Source: an uncultured Gammaproteobacteria bacterium (GTDB lineage: Bacteria > Patescibacteriota > Microgenomatia > Daviesbacterales > UBA10151). Taken from it: a DNA stretch of 7,523 bases. Location: assembly GCA_964522265.1 (NCBI GenBank), contig CAZFVS010000053.1, positions 1 through 7,523 of the forward strand. Reading direction: 5' to 3'. Under the pieces are notes generated by a model. It ran no database searches. It had not been told where the DNA came from and worked only from the letters and a program-made list of their open reading frames with translations. The position numbers were made by a program, and so were the translations under genes. Positions within the stretch are counted from its first letter, which is position 1. Every line of letters starts with the position of its first letter. Below are positions 1-3,954 of the stretch, piece by piece.

Positions 1-58
1 ATTAATTAAGTGTGCCTAATCCTAGAAGGTTTTGTCAAATCCTGAACAATTACCCCTT

Positions 59-87
59 TTGCTTAAAGATGATGAAATTGATAAAAT
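59..87 (+). promoter_or_regulatory. sigma70-like promoter for tRNA-Arg (TTGCTT, 17-nt spacer, TAAAAT)
   Basis: TTGCTT at 59-64, exactly 17 nt of spacer (65-81), TAAAAT at 82-87. The mature tRNA 5' end follows 15 nt later at 103. Confidence 0.45.
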
Positions 88-102
88 ATATCAGTCCGCT
101 TT

Positions 103-175
103 GCCCCCATAGCTCAGTGGATAGAGCAAGACGGTTCTAACGTCGAGGTCGGGGGTTCGAATCCCTCTGGGGGTG
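103..175 (+). tRNA. tRNA-Arg, anticodon TCT
   Basis: 73-nt cloverleaf read by hand. Acceptor GCCCCCA/TGGGGGT (G1-U72 wobble); U8; D arm GCTC-AGTGGATA-GAGC with A20. Anticodon arm AGACG-GTTCTAA-CGTCG (27-43 A/G mismatch), with U33, anticodon TCT at 136-138 and A37. Variable loop AGGTC; T arm GGGGG-TTCGAAT-CCCTC; discriminator G175. CCA is not encoded (next bases are CTA). Confidence 0.85.
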
Positions 176-190
176 CTAGCACTATACTTT

Positions 191-242
191 GGGGGTTCGC
201 TCGAGCCTAAAGGGCGAGGGCATATTATCCCTCCTGGGCCGC
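191..242 (+). repeat. T-arm-like module 1: tRNA-Arg T-stem/acceptor 3' strand copy split by a 27-nt hairpin insert
   Basis: GGGGGTTCG (191-199, 9/9 identical to tRNA 151-159), then a 27-nt insert (200-226, imperfect hairpin, ends GGGCATATT), then ATCCCTCCTGGGCCGC (227-242, 12/16 ungapped vs tRNA 161-176). Confidence 0.6.
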
Positions 243-254
243 TGCTTCTCGAGA

Positions 255-305
255 GGGGTTCGTTCACCATCGAAGATGGTGGGTATACTATCCCTCTGGG
301 GGTGC
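255..305 (+). repeat. T-arm-like module 2: tRNA-Arg T-stem/acceptor 3' strand copy split by a 27-nt hairpin insert
   Basis: GGGGTTCG (255-262, 8/8 vs tRNA 152-159), then a 27-nt insert (263-289, perfect 7-bp hairpin CACCATC-gaa-GATGGTG, ends GGGTATACT), then ATCCCTCTGGGGGTGC (290-305, 16/16 vs tRNA 161-176). Confidence 0.6.
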
Positions 306-317
306 CAAACTATGGGG

Positions 318-1640
318 TTATATTTTAAACCTTCTGTCAGTTAAAAACGGATTTGGTTTTCTGAAGACATCCGGGGATGAGATCAGTGCTGCACGCTTGA
401 GGGTAAACTCACCAAATCTATCATTTATCCTGTCCAGAGCCTTGGTGATCTTTTCATTTTTATAACTTTCCATAAACAGGCTCAAATTGATCGGGTTTTC
501 CGGTTTTAAATTTGAAACTGACACTCCAATCATCCTGATTTTTTCACCATTCCATATTTTGAGAAAAGTCTGCCAGGATACTTGAAAAATCTCCAGCCCG
601 TTATTGGTATACGGAACCGTTGTCTGCATACCACCGCCTAAAAATTCACCCCGGGGGTGAAATGCGGACTGAAATGCCAAACGGTACCATAAACTGATTG
701 TTTTCCCCACCAGCTTTTTTGCCCGCAGCCTTCTTGCAATAAGCTCCGTCAACTTCAAAAGCACCTGTTTGATTTTGACAGAATCGGAGGTGTCAAGATC
801 CAGAGTATGTCTGTGCCCAATAGACTTGACCTCTCCTTTTTCATAAAAAGGTACAACAGGAGTGTTGTCAATTCCCCGGGCCATGTTGAAAAGAGTTTGT
901 CCATAACTTTTAAAAGAGGCAAGTAAATTTTCTAAAGGTATTCTTCTTAGCGTCTGAAAATTAAAAACTCCCATGTTTCCCAGCCTTTTTTTGATCCTTG
1001 AGCCGATTCCGCAAATTTCATCAAGCTCAACCGCATCTAAAACAATCTGTGCTGCCGCCTCATCAGCTATCACCACCAGTCCGTCGGGTTTGTACAAAGA
1101 TCCTGCCAGTTTTGCCATTAGCTTGTTATAAGAGATGCCGATAGAAACTGTAATCCACTCCCCGATCTCGGTTTTTATGCGAGATTTGATATTTTGGGCA
1201 GTTCGAATCAGCTCAGGTAATTCGGAACAACTCAAAATATCAGAGTTTCTGATAATCTGACTTTCTGGTATACAGAGTCTTTTTGGGTTACTCTGAGCTA
1301 TTTCCAAAAACACCTCATCTATAGAGAAAGCTTCAAGCTTGGGGGAATAATCCTTTAAAATATTTAAAAACCTTTTTGTGCACTCCAAATATTTATCGCT
1401 GTCACCTTTCACTAAAATTAAATCAGGGCATATTCTTAAAGCTTCAGGAATACTCATTCCTGTTTTTACACCCAACCTTTTTGCCTCAACAGAAGCTGCC
1501 CCCAAAACAGTTCTGTCCATTCTGTCCCCGCCTGTGACACCGATGGGCTTTTCCCGCAGCCTGGGGTTTGCCTGCTGTTCAACAGTGGCAAAGTAAGAGT
1601 TAAAATCAATGTGCAAAATGGTTCTCATATGCTCCGTCAT
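318..1640 (-). CDS. dinB: Y-family DNA polymerase IV (DinB-like translesion polymerase)
   Basis: 440-aa ORF. N-terminal ILHIDFNSYFATVEQ is the Y-family palm motif in its D-x-N form, as recalled for UmuC-type enzymes. FSIDEVFLE carries the catalytic Asp-Glu, and SIGISYNKLMAKLAGSLYKPDG is the conserved NK-LAK-AS-KP-G motif. Start is ambiguous: the ATG at 1640 lies inside the GIY-YIG repeat arm, while the ATG at 1628 (MRTILHID) is preceded by GGAG. Confidence 0.85.
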   Translation of the reverse strand: MTEHMRTILHIDFNSYFATVEQQANPRLREKPIGVTGGDRMDRTVLGAASVEAKRLGVKTGMSIPEALRICPDLILVKGDSDKYLECTKRFLNILKDYSPKLEAFSIDEVFLEIAQSNPKRLCIPESQIIRNSDILSCSELPELIRTAQNIKSRIKTEIGEWITVSIGISYNKLMAKLAGSLYKPDGLVVIADEAAAQIVLDAVELDEICGIGSRIKKRLGNMGVFNFQTLRRIPLENLLASFKSYGQTLFNMARGIDNTPVVPFYEKGEVKSIGHRHTLDLDTSDSVKIKQVLLKLTELIARRLRAKKLVGKTISLWYRLAFQSAFHPRGEFLGGGMQTTVPYTNNGLEIFQVSWQTFLKIWNGEKIRMIGVSVSNLKPENPINLSLFMESYKNEKITKALDRINDRFGEFTLKRAALISSPDVFRKPNPFLTDRRFKI

Positions 1641-1677
1641 TGCGAGATCCGATGTCCATCGGACCGAAGCAATCTCT
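1636..1677. repeat. Left inverted-repeat arm of the GIY-YIG module
   Basis: GTCATTGCGAG-ATCCGATGTCCATCGGAC-CGAAGCAATCTCT. Inner stem TCCGATG (1648-1654) pairs with CATCGGA (1657-1663), and outer ATTGC pairs with GCAAT. The arm overlaps the dinB ATG (1638-1640) and the GIY-YIG stop codon (1676-1678). Confidence 0.7.
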
Positions 1678-1966
1678 AAAAAATAATTTCTTCGTATAAA
1701 TCTTTGAATAGAGGGTTTTTATCCTTGATTAATTCAATTTTTTGGGCACGTGATCCACCCTTAAGCTGTTTTTCTCTTTTTATCGCTTCATTGATGTCCT
1801 CAAAAGCTTCATAGTAAACTAGCTTGTTGACTTTATATCTGGTTGTAAATGAGGAACCAATTCCTTCTTTGTGTTCGTAAACTCTTTTTACCAAATCGGC
1901 GGTTACTCCTGTATATAAAGTACTGCTATTGTTATTAGCCATGATGTAAATATAGGAATGTTGCAT
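1676..1966 (-). CDS. Small stand-alone GIY-YIG (URI-domain) nuclease family protein
   Basis: 96 aa. Motifs: YIYIM (GIY), LYTGVT (YIG), KRVYEHK (conserved Arg), YYEAFEDINEAIKREKQLKG (conserved Glu and REKQ-K), and the tail NPLFKDL. This pattern is typical of the short COG2827-like GIY-YIG proteins. Confidence 0.85.
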   Translation of the reverse strand: MQHSYIYIMANNNSSTLYTGVTADLVKRVYEHKEGIGSSFTTRYKVNKLVYYEAFEDINEAIKREKQLKGGSRAQKIELIKDKNPLFKDLYEEIIF

Positions 1967-1975
1967 AATATTGTT

Positions 1976-2010
1976 AGAGATTGCTTCGTCACTTCGTTCC
2001 TCGCAATGAC
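1976..2010. repeat. Right inverted-repeat arm of the GIY-YIG module
   Basis: AGAGATTGCTTCG-TCACTTCGTTC-CTCGCAATGAC. Both termini are reverse complements of the left-arm termini, and the central part differs. Confidence 0.7.
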
Positions 2011-2025
2011 GTTGACTTTATTCTT

Positions 2026-2064
2026 TGTCCCGTCAAAATTGAAATTTAGGCGGGTAAGCGATCT
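2026..2064 (+). repeat. 39-nt structured repeat, copy A (stem CCCGTC/GGCGGG with a 14-nt A/T loop)
   Basis: TGTCCCGTCAAAATTGAAATTTAGGCGGGTAAGCGATCT, 36/39 identical to 7414-7452 in the same orientation. Lies 7 nt beyond the stop of the 81-aa ORF. Confidence 0.75.
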
Positions 2065-2071
2065 TTTTCGC

Positions 2072-2317
2072 TCAATCTGATTCTTCCACCGCTTCCAGAA
2101 ACCACTTCAGATTTTTAAGATTAAACATCAGCCGGTAAAAATTGCCTCCGCCTGAAACCGAGAAGTGGTAAATAGTCGATGAACCATCACCAGAGGTATG
2201 AACCAGATTAATTTTGTCCACTTTAATCCCGCGTTGTTTCCAGAAAAATAGGTATGGTTGTATCACAGCTCCTTTAAAGAAAACCCAGACATTGATAGGT
2301 TCAAGAAGTTCAAACAC
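2072..2317 (-). CDS. Hypothetical small protein (81 aa), probably beta-rich, co-oriented with the upstream peptidase-like genes
   Basis: Open frame with a GTG start at 2315-2317 and no in-frame ATG before the upstream stop at 2339-2341. GAAGAGG abuts the GTG. It begins 31 nt after the stop of ORF 2349..3134. Alternating hydrophobic runs (VWVFF, YLFFW, KINLVH, IYHFSVS, FYRLMF) suggest beta strands. I recognise no family, so coding status is not certain. Confidence 0.5.
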   Translation of the reverse strand: MFELLEPINVWVFFKGAVIQPYLFFWKQRGIKVDKINLVHTSGDGSSTIYHFSVSGGGNFYRLMFNLKNLKWFLEAVEESD

Positions 2318-2348
2318 CTCTTCATTATTATCCGAATATTACCCGAAG

Positions 2349-3134
2349 TCAAGAAACAATATTTTGATTGTTTAATTTGGATATTTTGTAAGTACGTTCT
2401 GGCAGAACTGTTTTGGATAGATGCTCAAGCGACATCCAAACAATACCGCAGTTTGAATCTATCGCCTGAACATTAAAATAACCTTCTTCAGTTATATAAT
2501 ATCCGCTGATACAAATTGCATGGGTTTCAGATTTAGTGGAGTCTGGGATTGAATAAAAAAGTTCAGCCTTTACATTAAGTATTAAAGGGTGTATTTGATC
2601 TATCAGGCTTTTTATCAACCGTGCATTCATTTTTAACAATACCCTATTTATTAATTCATACGCTGGGTCATATAAACACTGTATTGTCGCTGAGGGTGGT
2701 AAATTTTTCATATTTACCCCGGTTATTTTTGTGGTATCAGCTAAAATACTTAGCTTGAGTCCATTTTTATAAGCTAAGTTGAGTATCATTGCCACATAGC
2801 CTGGATCAAGTTCAATATCTGCTACGCTGCATGCATTAACCAGGGACCACGGAGCACAGGTAACTTCATTTCCTTGTCCATACCATCTGCCTGTATACAC
2901 CCTATCTGAAAGAGTCATCTCCACAACCGTTCTTTCATCTGACATTAAAGTCCCGCCAAAAAATTTTCTTGCATCTGACACCACAGAACCTGAGCAATGA
3001 GTTAAAACAGGATTAGCTAACAAACTTGCTGTTCTTTCCGGCCAATATGGTCCCTCTGGAAGTATTGGTACAAAAAGCGGAGTTATATTAAATTTGTCTT
3101 TGTTAAGATTGTTAGTTATTTCTAGCATAGCCAT
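2349..3134 (-). CDS. Papain-fold (clan CA-like) Cys-His-Asp/Asn enzyme, paralogue 1, cytoplasmic
   Basis: WYGQGNEVTCAPWSL has the Gln-x5-Cys spacing of papain (Gln19/Cys25). Later motifs are THAICISGY (His) and AIDSNCG (Asp/Asn). No signal peptide. The likely true start is the second ATG at 3128 (MLEITNN), because the promoter/start alignment with the paralogue stays in register at that codon. Confidence 0.7.
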   Translation of the reverse strand: MAMLEITNNLNKDKFNITPLFVPILPEGPYWPERTASLLANPVLTHCSGSVVSDARKFFGGTLMSDERTVVEMTLSDRVYTGRWYGQGNEVTCAPWSLVNACSVADIELDPGYVAMILNLAYKNGLKLSILADTTKITGVNMKNLPPSATIQCLYDPAYELINRVLLKMNARLIKSLIDQIHPLILNVKAELFYSIPDSTKSETHAICISGYYITEEGYFNVQAIDSNCGIVWMSLEHLSKTVLPERTYKISKLNNQNIVS

Positions 3135-3136
3135 TA

Positions 3137-3165
3137 ATTCTACTATAGGTTTAGAAAAAATGCAA
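3137..3165 (-). promoter_or_regulatory. Promoter of paralogue 1 (minus strand: TTGCAT, 17-nt spacer, TAGAAT)
   Basis: On the minus strand, TTGCAT (3160-3165), a 17-nt spacer and TAGAAT (3137-3142). The ATG at 3128 is 8 nt downstream of the -10, which implies a leaderless or near-leaderless mRNA. The ATG at 3134 is only 2 nt from the -10. Confidence 0.5.
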
Positions 3166-3185
3166 CAATCGTGTTAAAAGGCTCA

Positions 3186-3896
3186 TTAGATACAGCGTTT
3201 ATACAACACGAAGGTATTGTTGAATCGACGGGTTTTCAACAAATGTTCAAGGGATAACCAATAAATCCCGAAATTTGAATCTATCGCTTGGATATTAAAA
3301 AATCCCTCCTGAGTTATCTGATAACCGCTCAGACAAAGTGCATGATTTTTGTCCTTATAGTTATTAGGTTTAGGGTAATATTCACAAACTTGAACAGAGG
3401 TAATGAGAGGTAGACCCAAATCAAGGAAAAACCTGGCGAATAAACCAAAAGCTAGGTTTTGTTTGAAAATCCTGTTTAAACCTTTGGGCCGGTCTAAATA
3501 TACTTTTTGTGACATTATCTCAGAACCATTGACAGAATCCTGCAAACTGCTCAAATGAAATCCTATTTCTGAAGGATTTATAAACCCAGCAGCGCGGTTT
3601 ATTAAATTTGCGATGTAGACCGGGTCAGGTTCTACTTCCAAAACTGTGCAGGCATTTACCAGAGACCATGGTGCACAGGTAGGTTCCCCTTTTTGTCCAT
3701 ACCACCTACCTACATATTCTCTTCTACTAGGCTTCAGATTACATACCATCCTGTTTTCTGCGAGGGTTGTCTCTGTTAGGAAGCTTACCTCACAAGGTGT
3801 ATAATTTAAAACATCATTTGTCAGTTCCGGGTGAGCCAGTAACAGGGCAACAGTATTCGGGGTATAACCTAGGTCAATGATGTGATTTTCAACCAT
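3186..3896 (-). CDS. Papain-fold (clan CA-like) Cys-His-Asp/Asn enzyme, paralogue 2, cytoplasmic
   Basis: WYGQKGEPTCAPWSL, NHALCLSGY and AIDSNFG match paralogue 1. Identity is 26/40 in the Cys block and 28/38 in the His/Asp block, and much lower elsewhere. No signal peptide. Confidence 0.7.
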   Translation of the reverse strand: MVENHIIDLGYTPNTVALLLAHPELTNDVLNYTPCEVSFLTETTLAENRMVCNLKPSRREYVGRWYGQKGEPTCAPWSLVNACTVLEVEPDPVYIANLINRAAGFINPSEIGFHLSSLQDSVNGSEIMSQKVYLDRPKGLNRIFKQNLAFGLFARFFLDLGLPLITSVQVCEYYPKPNNYKDKNHALCLSGYQITQEGFFNIQAIDSNFGIYWLSLEHLLKTRRFNNTFVLYKRCI

Positions 3897-3904
3897 ACCC
3901 GTTA

Positions 3905-3933
3905 ATTCTACTATAGGTTTAGAAAAAATTCAA
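3905..3933 (-). promoter_or_regulatory. Promoter of paralogue 2 (minus strand: TTGAAT, 17-nt spacer, TAGAAT)
   Basis: On the minus strand, TTGAAT (3928-3933), a 17-nt spacer and TAGAAT (3905-3910), then 8 nt to the ATG at 3896. The block 3903-3950 is 44/48 identical to 3135-3182. Confidence 0.5.
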
Positions 3934-3942
3934 CAATCATGT

Positions 3943-3948
3943 TAGAAT
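3943..3948 (+). promoter_or_regulatory. Candidate -10 element (TAGAAT) for the divergent glycoside hydrolase gene
   Basis: TAGAAT lies 6 nt upstream of the ATG at 3955. No convincing -35 and no Shine-Dalgarno sequence. Confidence 0.3.
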
Positions 3949-3954
3949 GCAAAA

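Larger units (their letters stand above)
1636..2010 (-). mobile_element. Compact GIY-YIG module: one 96-aa nuclease gene bounded by inverted hairpin-forming repeat arms (putative selfish or mobile unit)
   Basis: The arms at 1636-1677 and 1976-2010 are inverted copies. They share the outer 11 nt GTCATTGCGAG (reverse complement CTCGCAATGAC) and the inner 13 nt CGAAGCAATCTCT (reverse complement AGAGATTGCTTCG). The ORF fills the space between them. No target-site duplication is seen, so mobility is inferred, not shown. Confidence 0.4.

Noticed and set aside
151-305. The three copies of GGGGTTCG...ATCCCTC read as a CRISPR-like array
   Set aside because: There are only three copies. The first is part of a functional tRNA, the repeat is split rather than contiguous, and the spacing is irregular (40 and 64 nt between starts). 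No cas genes are present.
191-305. T-arm modules read as intron-containing or split tRNA 3' halves (archaeal BHB-type T-loop introns)
   Set aside because: No 5' half or complementary acceptor strand is present. The surrounding genes and promoters look bacterial. I could not draw a bulge-helix-bulge motif (3-nt bulges around a 4-bp helix) at the insert boundaries.
1378-1596. 72-aa plus-strand ORF
   Set aside because: It lies entirely inside the well-supported dinB gene on the opposite strand. It has low-complexity composition and no start signals. It is typical antisense noise.
2012-2040. Plus-strand promoter-like string TTGACT, 17 nt, AAAATT, reading into the antisense of the 81-aa ORF
   Set aside because: The -10 candidate is poor (3/6 to TATAAT) and lies inside the loop of the conserved hairpin repeat. 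Copy B lacks the -35, so this is likely fortuitous.
2026-2064. 39-nt repeat copies (also 7414-7452) as rho-independent terminators or integron attC sites
   Set aside because: No U-tract follows either copy on either strand. On the minus strand, where copy A would need to act for the 81-aa ORF, the stem acquires A-C mismatches. No GTTRRRY-type attC core sites and no integron integrase are seen.
2072-2317. 81-aa ORF as a double-glycine bacteriocin precursor or ubiquitin-like protein (internal SGGG) processed by the adjacent C39-like enzymes
   Set aside because: The Gly run is at residues 55-58, not after a 15-25 residue N-terminal leader. No LS-x-x-EL-x-x-I leader consensus is present. The locus has no ABC exporter and no E1/E2-like genes. 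This is kept only as a remote idea under the protease/substrate hypothesis.
2258-2476. 72-aa plus-strand ORF spanning the junction between the 81-aa ORF and paralogue 1
   Set aside because: It overlaps two minus-strand ORFs, has no promoter or RBS, and its sequence shows no recognisable domain.
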